Of a DNA stretch of 64,000 nucleotides, positions 12,001-24,128 are shown one piece after another. This stretch comes from Bilabrum cf. latius (taxonomy: Eukaryota): positions 496,001-560,000 of the forward strand of contig OZ237760.1 in the NCBI GenBank assembly GCA_965178125.1, given 5' to 3'. The first letter of the stretch is position 1, and the number at the start of each line of letters is the position of its first letter. Position numbers and translations under genes: made by a program. The notes beneath the pieces are model-generated. The model did no database searches and had not been told where the DNA came from. It saw nothing but the letters and a program-made list of their open reading frames with translations.

Positions 12001-14088
12001 GTGGTGAAGCTCTTCGTGGCATACCTAGCCGAGGAGCTGTGCGAGTCCTATGCCCTGGACCAGCGGGAGGAACTCAGCCACGCGCTTGCCAGGGATATTC
12101 GGGGCAGGAAGGGCGGGGGGGGCAAGCACCAGTAGTCCGCCGCGAGGGCTGCGGCGGTGTCTCTGGACGTGGCCGAGGCAGCTGCCACGGGCGAGATACG
12201 CGTGGCCAGCTCGGACGTGACTCTTTCGTTGGTGGTTCCGGACGGGGCCGCGAGCCCTTCCAAGCTAAGGGGCGTGAAGGAGGGCACGGACGACGGCACT
12301 CTGCTGTCCAAAGTGCAGCCGGTGCCCACGGAGGACCCCGGCAAGATGGCTGTGGGCGACACTCTGGAAGCTATGGCGCACGGGCTGGTCTTCACGCGCA
12401 TCATCCGGGCGTGCTGCGGGCAGGTGCTAGGCGCTGACGGGAGGCCCATTGGGCCGGGTGCTGCCGACCGCGCCCAGCGCCAGAGGGACCTATGGCTCGA
12501 CTCGCTGGATGCGGTGCGGCAGTTCGCCAACGCCAAGTCCGCCGGTGTGGAACCCAAGTTCCTGCATCCCTTGCCGGGAGCAGACGCGCTGCCCCCGTAC
12601 GCCGTCACGGCGCGGCTGCTGTCCACCATGGACGCGTCGTCTCGAGGTGAAGGCTCCGGACACCCCGGGCTCATGCGAGAGTGTGTGCAGGCAGCCATGG
12701 AGCTGCTGTCCTGGGAGGCCGGTCGCCGTCTCAAGGCCAGCAAGGAGACAAAGCTGCGGGCCGAAGCAGCTGCAGAGGCCGCTTCAAAGGCAGATGCAGC
12801 GAGCAGGGCAGCGGCAGAGGGTGGGTGCAGCGCCGATGGAGCCAGGCAGGCGGGCGAGGCGGCCTCCAGGACGTATCTGGAGCAGCAGGAGCCAGAGATC
12901 ATGGACAGGCTGGCCCAGCCAGCGGCACTCGGGGCGGAGGATTTGCTCCCTCTCCTTATCTACGCGATCGCGATCGCGCCGGCCGATGCTGCCTCCATAT
13001 ACGGCGGTGATCAGGCAAGGCAAGGGGCGCCCGTGCACGTGCATGGTGCTTCCTCCTCCGCCGCATCGGTCATCTCCGCGAGCAGCTCCCAGCAGCAGCA
13101 GCAGAGGGCCCCTGCCCATGCCCTGCGAGACAGGTAGCAGGAGGTGGGAGCCGGGCCAGGCGATGCGGAGGCGGGCACGTGGACAGGAGGTGGGGTGGCT
13201 CCGCCAGAGGGAGGGGACGGGCGGCCGCGGGCCCCCTCGAGCGTCGCGTCGGTACTTTCGGTCTCCACAGCAGGGGGCGCTGGGCACTAGTCACACCATC
13301 AGCACCACCACTCGCATGGAAGCTCCGCAGGGACTGCTCCCCGCTCCTGGCGACCGACCCCGTCACAGTGCCAGCGAAGCCTGCAGTGGCGGTTCGCCCA
13401 CGCCTCGCTGCAGCACCTCGCCAATTTCGGCGTGGCCGAGTCGGAGTGGATCGGGCGCATGGGCTTCAACATCATCATGGTGTCCTCCTCGCTCAAGTGG
13501 ATCACTGACTACGGCATAGAGCAGATTACCAAGAGGGGGGCGAGGCGCAGGCTGGCGGCGGTGGAGGAAGGGGGCCCCGGTGGAGCGGGGGAACAGGCCG
13601 AGGGCGGGGCGGGGTCGGATTCATCGCACGGTGGTGCGGATGGTACGGCCCAGAAGTCGCATTCAGCGTCAGAATCGGCCGCTGGAAGTAGCGGCGTGAG
13701 GGAGCGCCGCCGCCGCTCGATGGACGTTGGGGAAGGGGTGGCCCGCATCGAGGCGGCCAACGCCTAGAGGGCCGGTGGGGACGCGGGTAAGGCGGCGGTG
13801 GCAGCGGCCACTGTACTTGTCGAGGGGCTGGATGAGGCGCAGCCGATGGAAGAGGGTGATGAGGTCCAGAGGGCGGACTCGGGGGTTGTCGGGCAGCTTG
13901 ATAGGGAAGCTAGCGGACAAGGGGATGTGAGTCGAGAGCAGGAGGCAGAGGAACTGCAGGAGCTCATGAATATGGCTGGTCCAGACCAGTCGCGCGGAAA
14001 ACAGGAAGGCGATGGCGCAGAGAAGGTTCTCAACGACTGGCTATCGCAGCAGGAGGTGCTGGAGGACACGCTTGACCTCTTGTCGTGA
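9064..14088 (+). CDS. Large VPS9-domain protein (Rab5-family GEF-like), ~1,670 aa, intronless; alternative start at 8968
   Basis: Seven annotated ORFs share a frame and are joined by ~10 TAGs. VPS9 motifs ALGAEDLLPLLIYAIA (~12925-12975) and LQHLANFGVAESEWIGRMGFNIIMVSSSLKWI (~13408-13503). TGA at 14086-14088. Confidence 0.7.
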
Positions 14089-14289
14089 AACTGCAGCTCC
14101 GAGTCGGAGCAGGTTGAGGACTGCCGCGAAGGAGCGGGCATTGGAGGTTTGTGGCCCTGTGTCAGAGTATCACAGTTGTAAACCCAACAAATAATTTGTC
14201 GATGCTTTAGTTTTTTTGAGGATTCGTTACATCTACTGCAACGGGCACGAACGCAGTCGGCGAGGTAACTTGAAATCGGTCAAAACACT

Positions 14290-17200
14290 ATGCCGAAACG
14301 ACAAAGAGAACCAGATCCGAGGCAGAGAACGCTGTTCCAAGTGTCATAGCAGACATTTAAACCACACTCTGCCACCGGTGCAGGCTCCACTAGTCTTCTG
14401 TCGGGTAAACCAGGTGAACGCAGCTCCGGCCCGTTGCTGCTCACCTCTCGACGAACGATGAAAACCACCCTAAAAGACATAGCCTAGGATTGGTTTGATC
14501 CGTCAGTTGCTCGAGCATTTGTATTCGATAGCCTGGTTAGATTTCGGACAGCATTTCCAGGCGGTGGGCCAACTCTACAGAACGCAATTGAGGGGCTTGC
14601 AGCAAATTCGAGGATTGAAGTCCAATTTAAGCGCGACGAGGCAAATGAGGTAGACTAGAATGCGATATTGATAATGTGTAGCGAAGAGCCGTTGGGTTTT
14701 ATCGAGGCAGACGTCGCTGCGTTCACTGCGCCGCTGCTCGACAGTGGGCTCATCCAAGCCGGCGCAGAACTCAAGCGAGACCAGGCGCTCGCTGGCGCCC
14801 ACAGCAGCACGTGTGATTTGCAAGTTGTTGTTGGTATCGCGCTTCAAGACGATAGATTAGTGGATGTGGTGCACGATGAAATGCACAAGCTGGGTTTGCG
14901 TCACTCTGGAGCACCTGCTTCCGATGCGTAGGCAGGCAGCAAAGAACCCCTTACTGCTTCACTGATGCTCGCCGCAAGAGGGGTTGCGCGGTTCCTTGCA
15001 TCCGGCACGCCTGGCTCTTTGGCTGCTGCTGTGCCAAGCGCGGCTCCGAAGCAGAAGCGCCGTAGAACGGACGATGCAGTGCAGCAGCTCGAATCTGCTC
15101 ACGCTGCAGTGAACGCTGGACGAGGAAGCCGCAGCTCCAGCCGGTCCGGTCCTAGTCCAGTGGAAGGCACGAACGGTGTCCTGCCTGGATTCACGAGCGC
15201 ACGGATGGCCGTAGGCAAAGCCACGCTGGGTCTCAGCCTCGTCGGCCCGACAAGCGGCGGAGCCTCTGCCGGCGCGGGCCGGACCTCGTACGGCGTGCTG
15301 GCATCTGCGGCTGCCGTTAGAGGCATGCTGGCCGCCTCTGAATCGCCCGAGGAAACCGCAGCCCGCGCAATGGAACGTCGATCAAAGGCCCTGGAACGAG
15401 CCAAGAAAGCCACGGCACGCGCGCAGAAGGCCGCTGCCCAGGTGCAAGCGGCGCAGAAGGTGGGTCCCGTGCAGCAGCGGCTGCGCGACACATGGATGCT
15501 TCGACCAAAGGCAGGGCCCTCCAGCGCCCCTATGGTTTCCATCTCGGACGAGGAACTCGCTGAGCTGCTGCCTGAGGAAGGCTTTGCGGAGGGTGCCAAA
15601 GGGAGCGGGAGCAGCTCACCGGCAGCGCCATCTGCTGCAACAGGATCATGTGCAGGGCCAGGGCCCAATCACCGGGCTAGTCCACGATCGCCGGCACAGC
15701 TGCTGCCCCCCAGGCTGCTGCTCCGCATCTTTGCCACGAGGGGCTTGAGCACCTCTCTGCTGCTGGGCTCAGCGCGCTGCGTCTGTCGGCACTGGAAGAA
15801 CGCAATTGACATCCCTAGCTTCCTGCGGGACCGTCTGAGTTTCCACCGGCTGCATATCAGGGCGACCGAGGGCGAACCAGGTGGTTCCAACTCGGGAATG
15901 GACGCGGATCTAGGTCAGGCTACAGCCCAGCCGGAAGGCGCATGGGATCCCTGGCGAGGCCCTTCCGACCTGGCATCTCTGTGCGCCCACATCCGGGATT
16001 CTTCCGCGCACATGCCGCTGGTGGCCGCAGGCAAGCTCATGCAGCTGGCAGGCCTGCCTCCATGGGCGGTCCGGGCCGGCAAGTTGATTCAAGAGAGAGG
16101 GCTGCGCGTGACCCCATCCTAGCTATAGGCGGGGGCGTCCCAAGCAGGACCGGCTGCAGCCACGTTCGAGTTCGAGACGAATTCAGGAGGTTACCCTGCC
16201 CTGCTCGTGTCGCTGCTCTTCCTGCCTCCCATGTATAGGCGAAGATTGGCCGAGACCATCTGCTCGATGGGGCAGCATTCCGGCGTCCTGCTCGCTGCCG
16301 TCCGGCGCAGCCGAGGGGAGTCGGTTGCTGCTGCATCGCAATCGTCAGGATCTCAGGACAGCCACAGGTCGGCAGAATGGGCCAGCGGGCAGGCAGGCGA
16401 AGCCTTTCTGTATCGCGTGCTGCTCGCGATCGTGTCACCATCTTGGGTAGCTGCAAACGCTCCTCTACTCCCATAGATGCTCCTGTCCCCGCCACCTTTA
16501 TGTCGGCCAGCTTCACCTTCGCCTCCTGCTGGAAGCGCAAGCGATGCACAGCCTGGCGGTGATCCCGAAGCCAGCGCAGTGCAGTCGAGGTTGCAGCAGT
16601 TGGTAGACGGCACCGAGTCGCGCATGCACATCTTCACCGATGTCTGTGCGGCTCAGATTCCCCCAGCTATGGCGTTGGGTGTTGCGGATGGGGCTGGCAT
16701 GCCAGATTCCGAGGAGGACCTGATGATGACACATGGGTGGATGGGGGGCAAGCTTGCAAGCTTGCAATCCACATCTGCATCCCCATCTGCATCTTTGTCG
16801 CCAGCAGCAGCATCGGCAGTATCTACACTTGGGGCGATCGCTGCCAAGCTCGGTCCAGAGCGACGTGCCAAGACAGGCGGGTACGGGTGCGTGCAGGGAT
16901 TCCGCTGGGCCGGTCAGCGTATGCCTCGGCCCGCGCTGTGGCCTCCACTGTTGCGACAGGTGGCCGAGTCTGGAGCCATGTCGTGGTCAGGCCGCGCTGC
17001 CATCGATATCTTGATGGCAATCCGCAGCGTGCAGACCCGCATGCCCGTCTTTCCTTCTGAGCTGGGATCCATGGCCGGTCGCAGCACCGGCGGGGCGAGC
17101 GACCAGGCGGCCACCGCGGAGCAGATTCAGATCATCAAGGCAATGGATGACGCCAGGGAGAACGATATCGTCAGGGTGCTTGCCTATGCGGGTACCGGCA

Positions 17201-20200
17201 AGACCACCACCCTCAAGATGCTGGCAGAGAGAATGGGAGGGGCCCGTGGGTCCATCCTCTACGTTGCCTTCAACCGCGTGGTGGTGGAACAGGCAGGCCG
17301 AGAGTTCCCGCCCTGCGTGGAGCCCTCCACGATGCATTCCCTTGCCAACTCATGGGCCAGATACGAGGCGCCTGCAGCAATGCGCGGAGTAATCGCAAAG
17401 CTTGGACACTCGATGCCATCCACCACAAAGGCCGGGGTGTGCGAGCTGCTTGGGCTGCCCCCTGGGCACGACTTTGCAGATCTCGTGACCAAAACCCTGG
17501 ATGCGTACATGGGTAGCGACGACGATTTTATCGGCCAGCAGCACCTGCCGCGGTACATCGACGTGGTGCGGAAGGACGAGCAGAAGAACATGCACTCCTC
17601 TCACCAGAGGATGAGGCCGCCTACCAGCATTGCTGTCCGCTGTCGATGGCTGCTGAACGCATGGTTAGCTCGCTCCAACGGCAGGCGTGGCCCGCATGTC
17701 GGCAAAGCGCGAGAGGACGCGGCAGATGTGTGGGGTCCCAATGGCAAGCATCGGATGCACCGGCTCTTCATGGCTGATGACACGCTGCCTGTGGCGAGAC
17801 TAGTCTGGAGAGCAGCGGTAGATCCGCGCGTGACGGCCGTCCGAATCAGCCATTCTGTATACCTGAAGCTGTGGCAGCTGGCGAGACCCAACGTGTAGCG
17901 AGCCAAGGGTAGGCCTCGGAGGGCGCTGCTGCTGGACGAGGCACAGGACATTTCAAGGTGCGGTGCTGCCGCGCTGCTGTCGGCCAAGTGCCCCCTGATA
18001 CTGGTTGGCGACACTCATCAGAGCATTTACTCCTTTGCAAACGCGGTTGATACCCTGAAGCGAAGCACCGTGGCCCGAGCGCTGGCTGTGAGCAGACGAC
18101 CCCCTGTCGTTCTAGAGTCGTTCGGCGTGGTGCTGGATGACCCATCGAGTGGCAGCAAGCCGCCCGCGAGATGGTCCTCCAGCCAGTCGGCCATGCAGGC
18201 ATGTGCCCCCGATGCCCGCGTCATCGGGGCCCGCCTAAAGTACTCGATTGGGTGTGCCCCTGCGGATTCAACCCTGCGCTCTCTAGGATGTCCGCTCATG
18301 GTGCCAGACGTGCAGGGCGGGGTGCCCATGCCATCGGTCCGAAGTGTGCCGCTGGCAGAACGACCGGCTGCACCTCGTCCCACGCGAACTCTACGCCTGA
18401 CGCGGTCCTTCCGCTTCGGTGAAGAAATCGCTGGGTTTGCGACGTGGGTGCTGCAGAAGCTCAAGGGCGAGAGAGAGCCAGTGCTGGGCCTGCCGCCAGC
18501 CCTGAGGCACGACGCTGTCCGGCTGTGGTCCGCGAGTGAGGACGCTCGAGCGGACTACCCGCTACGATTCGTGGATCAGCAAGGCCGGAACACCTGCCTG
18601 GCATGGAGTCCTCCCGGACCGCCTCTACATCCTGCTGCAGATGCCAGACTGGAAGAGAAGCCAGTGGTGGAAGACGAGGAGGAAGATGAGATGGCAGCGA
18701 ACGGTGCGGTGCGGGCAAACCGTGCTGGCGCGCGCAGGCAGCGGGCACGAAGGATAACAATCGATTTGAGCGACAGCGATGAAGATGGTGACCGGCATGC
18801 CAGGACCGGTGCTGGGGGCGAAGCTGGGTCCTCCAGCGCGGCTGCCGCGGGATAGAAGGAGCAACCCAAAGAAAAGCGCATGGTATGGCGTGGTACGCTG
18901 TCTGATAGGCTTAGAAGGCAAGGGGGAGCCGCTCGCGTCCTACTGGCTCTGCACGATCGGTCCAAGCCGCTGGCTCCTGGCCACGAATCGAGGACGGCCT
19001 CAGAGGGGGGTCAGGCAGGGGACATGGTGATCATCATGTCTTCGGATGAAAGCAGCAGCGACTCGGAGAGCGAGGAGTAGGATTCCCCCGTGCCACCTCC
19101 AGCAGATGCGGCTCCGCGAATGCAGCCTAGCTTTGGCAGCTATGACGGGTTGCAAACCCCCGAGCTGCAAGCGGAGCTGCAGCGCGCCCAGCATCTGACA
19201 GCATCATCGCGCGACCGGGCCATTGCTCGGGTTATTCGGCAGCAGCGCGACGAGGAGGATTCTGCCGCTCAGCAACAGGCAGCGAGTGCCACCGCAACAC
19301 TCTGCAGGAGCCATGCATACGCGTCATACAGGCCACAGCCAGGGTCAGCGCACCAGCGGCCCGCCATGGGGACCGTGGCCGTACTGTGCAGGACGAATGC
19401 TGGCATTTTTGAACTCGCTGCCCGCATGTGCAGCCTATCCGTAAGTGGTAGGTCTTCAGCGTCTGCTGCAGCTAGCTCGTCCGCCGCGCCAGCCATGCGA
19501 GACGCCAGATTTTTCGTGCAGGGTGGGGTGGGCCGGCTGCAGCTGGACGTGCTGCTTGAGGTGGCAGAGTTCTGCCAGCACCATACGAACGGACCCGAGC
19601 GCCCCCGATTTGTCTTTGCCGATGAATCGCCTTCTCAGGGAAGCGCGGCGTCTGCCGCAGCTGGTGCGTACGGCTCGCAGGCATCGCAGTCCTCGGCAAG
19701 GTACAGCTCGCAGGGCACGGGTACCTATGGCAGGGCAGGCGGGTCACCCCGCAGGGGCGCAAGCTCCTAGGGCGGCGGCGGTCCGAGATGGAAGAACCGC
19801 ATCCTGCGCAGCATCCATGGGTGGGAGGCCCTGGTGGAGTACGCCAAGAAGGGCAAGGACGCCGACATGAGCCGGATGGTGGGCGCTGTTGAGACCTTCG
19901 GGGCTGACCACATCCCTGCGCTGGTGGAGGAGGTCAAGAGGAGAGCACAAGGCAGGGCAGAGGAAGCCGACGTTGTTCTTTCTACGGTGCACCAGGCCAA
20001 GGGGCTCGAGTGGGACCAGGTGGTGCTGGGGGACGACTTTGGGATCTCAGCCGCGTTCGATGCTCTCGTGGCTGTGCCATCGCTGCCCACTGTCCTAGCG
20101 ATGGCAGACAAGAAGGAGCGCCTGTACGAGGGGACCACAGCAGAGACTGCCAATGGGCTAGAGGCTCGTGCGACAGGCATGTAGGACTCGTCAGGGCTGG

Positions 20201-21102
20201 GGGACCTCGAGGGCTTTGGCTTGAAGGGTGGGTCGGCATCTGGAGACGTGTCGCACAGCGAGGCTCCGTCGAGCTCATCGTCGTCATCGTCATCTGCTTT
20301 GATCGACGCACTATCTGAAGCTGGACCACCGCATGCCCCCAGCGCGGCATCGGGCAGCTCTGGGCAAGCTGCCGCATCAGCTGCTGCCGGTCCACGGTCC
20401 TCTGGCTCACCGGAAGTGCCGCCACAGTTCTTGTGTCGCGTGGCTCGCTTGCGCGAGAGCCGGCGCATGTCTCCTCGCAGGCAGACCTTGGCGTACATGG
20501 GGCTGGACGGCCCGCTGCTCGACGACGAAGGGGGCTCCCTCGGAGGCAAGCACGGGGCGAGGGGCCCCTGGGCCACGCAGATCGCTTGCGGGGGCGGGAT
20601 GCAGGAGATGCTCTCGGCGCGGACGGCGCTGGATGTGGCCCGGCCAGACGACGCCGACGAGGTCCGGAAGCAGACGGCGAGGCTGCAGGAAGAGGGCAAC
20701 CTGCTGTACGTGGCGGTGACGAGGGCGAGGCGGAGGCTGTGGCTCAGCGCCCAGCTGACTTCCTGGGTGCTGCGCGTGGGGGGCTGGCTTCATCCGGTGC
20801 TGGTGGGCTGCAAGGGACCTCCCGCTGGCGCTGCGAAGGGCAGTCAGCACGGCGTAGAAGCTTCGGCTGCTCCCGGGCCCGCCGGTGGAGCGGGGCTGTC
20901 GCAAGGCTCGGGGCTGCAGCAGAGCTAGTCCAGCTGCGGGAGTGATCCCAGTAGTAGAGGGGAGCAGGGGGGATAGAGACCCTTGCTGTAGGCACTGGTT
21001 GGGCCTCCCGGTGTCTCTGGGTACTTGACGGGGGCGTGGAGCGAGTGGCACTTGCCATGCTCGCTGGGGGCTGTGCTGGGGCCTGCCAGTCGCCCTGACT
21101 GA
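14290..21102 (+). CDS. FBH1: FBH1-like F-box DNA helicase (UvrD/SF1A) with extra N-terminal HIRAN-like domain, ~2,270 aa, intronless
   Basis: Single frame through ~14 TAGs. HIRAN-like FKRDEANEVD*NAILIM...LGFIEADVAAFTAPLLDSG. F-box LLPPRLLLRIFA...SARCVCRHW. UvrD motifs AYAGTGKT, LYVAFN, LLLDEAQD, LVGDTHQSIYSF, LTRSFRFG, LCRTNAG, STVHQAKGLEWD and NLLYVAVTRARRRL. TGA at 21100-21102. Confidence 0.85.
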
Positions 21103-21345
21103 ATTTAGCCCCCTGCTTTCCGGCCGTCTTCTATTGAAGTATATTCAGTATGCTATGTATTTATGATACGAATACTATTCAGCCAACGGCGCGCACTCAT
21201 CAAATCAACGCCAACCATTGCCTGGAATGCACTGCACTGGGGCGCACCCGGACAGGATCCGTACTAGTAGGAGAAGGCGAGGCTCCCCTGTCCCATTCCA
21301 TATCCTGCTACGTTTGGGTACTCCGTATCGCTTATCGCCTATACT

Positions 21346-22214
21346 ATGCTAGTTTTAGACTGGACGGTCAGAATACTGTCGATTGCGGCCGCAGGGCTCA
21401 TCATTGGGCAGGCGGCGGTTGGAGATTGGACTCCGTATGTCACGGTCATGCACCCCGTATTCATGACCTTAGGCTGCGTTGTGTTCATGTCAAACGGGAT
21501 CGTGACGTATGTGTCTGATTATTGGATCGTGAGCTCCCTGTTGTGGCGCCATGGCCCGGTTTACTGATGCGATTGAATGCTTCGTGTTTTGCAGCGCCAT
21601 GCCCACGCACAAAATTGCTCCACGGTCCTTCGTTTGTCACGCAGTTTAGTGAAGAAATGAAAGACAGGGGCAACATGCGGGTTGTACATGGCATTTTGCA
21701 GTTCTCAGGTGCTACATGCTTGCTTGCAGGGTACCTCACAATGTTTGTTGCCAACGACAACAAGCACAGCTCCCAGATCGCTCAGGATGCTGGCCATGGT
21801 CCAGCGTCAAGATTGGTACGCGCACACGTCTGGCTGGGGTACATCACATTGGCCGGCGTGCTGCTGCAAGTTTTCGTTGGCCTCTTCAAGTTCGTCTTGA
21901 AAGCGAGAAAACCCAGGAGCAAGTGGGCGCAATGGCACGGAATTGCCGGAGCCATCACTTTCACCTCTGGAATTTTAGCCGCCATTATGGCTTGCGCTTT
22001 CATGTGGCTAGGAGAAGGTGCTACGACTAAGCAAGAGGCAGTCGGGGCTACTGCAATCGTCCTGCTCGTCTTGCTCCTTTTCGTGACGGCCGCCGACCTC
22101 GTGCTCGGGCCCAAGCCGAGCACCCCGCCGAAGCATCAGTCTGCTTAGGGTGGAGCGAGCGGCAGCTTGCTTTCCATGGACGGGATGGGCGGGCACGGGC
22201 GCGCAATCAACTGA
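21346..22214 (+). CDS. Cytochrome b561 family membrane protein; exons 21346-21528 and 21645-22214
   Basis: Heme-ligand His motifs MHPVFM, VVHGILQ, AHVWLG and WHGIAG in transmembrane helices. Phase-0 intron gtgagc...acgcag (21529-21644). TAG at 22146 read through to TGA at 22212-22214. Confidence 0.85.
21529..21644 (+). other. Spliceosomal intron in cytochrome b561 gene (116 bp)
   Basis: gtgagc...cacgcag; phase 0; joins two frames that each carry heme-His motifs. Confidence 0.75.
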
Positions 22215-22435
22215 ACGGTGGCCGGGCTCAAGACAGTTTCGACTGGGCCTAGATCTCTATTTCATTTTACGGCTGAAAGATTACTATCATTTATTGCGAT
22301 TTGGAGCCATGGTGTTCATTGAATCCCTGTGAATGTGCAGTAGGCCAAAAGAGACTAGATTGCAGCGGGCCTGGGCCGGCCGATCACACTTCACCCGACC
22401 AACTCCGTCAAAATAGAACTCCCAATCGCCTCGTT

Positions 22436-24013
22436 TCACCTTACTACCTTCAGTGTTACCCTCCGACCTGCCAGCGGCACAGCGGCCAGCTGTCCCACAG
22501 CCGTGCTTGCATCCCCCGCGCTCTGCATCGTCGCCCTGGCGGCGGACCCATCGGACTTGACCTCCACGGCGGTTGGCGCCAGACCGGCCATCTGCAGGAA
22601 ATCCCTGATCCCGCCCTCATCCACCTCAGGCGGCAGCCCCCCAATCAGCACAACGTTGCCGGCTCCGGGACCATCCCCTGCTGCTGCACCTGCCCCTGCA
22701 CCCCCAGAAGCAGCCCCTGCCCCTGCCCCCGCCCCCGCCCCCATGCCAGCCCCCTTGCCCTGTTTCCTCTTGGCCTCCTTGGCCCGCTGCCTGTCGATGT
22801 AGGCCGCTGCCTGCTGCAGCTCACCGGGGGCCGGGATGCACTTCCCCGCCCAGACCCCCTCTATCCTGAGCGACGACCTCTCGCCGTAGTCTCCCGCGCA
22901 CGCGCCCACGATCTCGAAGCCCTTGCCCCCCTGGAGGCCCACCTCGTCGTCCACTGGGCTCACCAGCTGCAGCACAGAGTCTATGTACAACATCAGCCTG
23001 CCGCTGATGAACACCATCCGGAGCCAAAAGGGGGTGTTGGGCACCACGGGAAAGGGAGGTCCCCCCGCCGCCAGCGCCTTGCCGCTGAAGACCCGCCTCT
23101 GCGTGGCCCAGGCCTGCTTGCGGTACCCCAGCTGCAGGACCAGGGACTCTGCCCCCGTGCCGGATTTCGGGGGCTCGATGCGGATGCTGACGTGGCCAGC
23201 CACCTCGGACTGTGCGTTCTGCTCCGGTCGCTTGATGTGAATCAACGAGATCATCCGGTCCTCGCCCTTGAGCCTGTAAAAGGAGCAGCGCAGAGTCACC
23301 GTGTTCACGTCGGCGCCGTACGCCGGCGCCTTGACGATGAGATCTTCCCCGCGAGCCGCGTCCCACATGCTCCCACTGTCTGCACCAGCCGCTGTTTCGC
23401 TGGAGCTGGAGCCTTCGGCTTTGTACAGAGTGTGTCGAAACAACAGGGGATTACCGCTGTTTTCGAGGCCACCAGCCGCAGCCACAACCGCTGCTGAGCC
23501 CTCCCCTGAGCCCTGAGCTGCCTGCTTCCCGACGCTCTTCATGAGATTCGACAGAAGCGACGCTCCCCCGGATGACCGAGCGCTGCTTGAGCTGCTGGCG
23601 GCCATCGCTGCAGCTGCAGCTGTGCTTGAAGGGCCCTGGTCGAAATCGTTAGCTCCAGCTTCCGTATCGTCAGCCACTGGCATGTCAGCAGCAGACCGCC
23701 CTCCAGATTTTTGAGATTCCTAGATACTACCTTGCTCATCGGCGACCGCTCGTTGCGCTGCATGCGCAGCCGATTGCCTGCCGAGAGATCTCTCGCTAAC
23801 AACGGATCGAGGAGGAGGTGGGCGCGATCCTGCCACGCTCTCTTGCGGCTGTATGGCGTTGTAGGATTTAAATGCTTTTGTATATGCTTCGTCCTGGCGA
23901 AGAGACTCCTCGATGTCACGCTCGAGTTCTGCATCCTCCGCTTGCAGAGCGCGCCACGCCTCAAGCTCCGACGCCGGTAACTGGGCCCGATACTGCGATG
24001 TAGAACCGATCAT
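22436..24013 (-). CDS. Hypothetical protein with UIM-like motif, galectin/ConA-like beta domain and C-terminal RRM, ~525 aa
   Basis: ORFs 23720-24022 and 22436-23683 are in frame across one TAG. RRM signature NVVLIGGLPPEVDEGGIRDFL...GRRVTLKV. Galectin-like PFPVVPNTPFWLRMVFISGRLMLYIDS. Start codon uncertain. Confidence 0.6.
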
Positions 24014-24128
24014 ACTATTCACTGCGTTAATTGTCTTCTCAGCAAGGGGTCATGCCTCGGAAGTACCAATGAAATTGAGCTGAGTGGGTTGCTTGTGTTT
24101 GTGCACTGCACGCATCTGCCAACCATTC

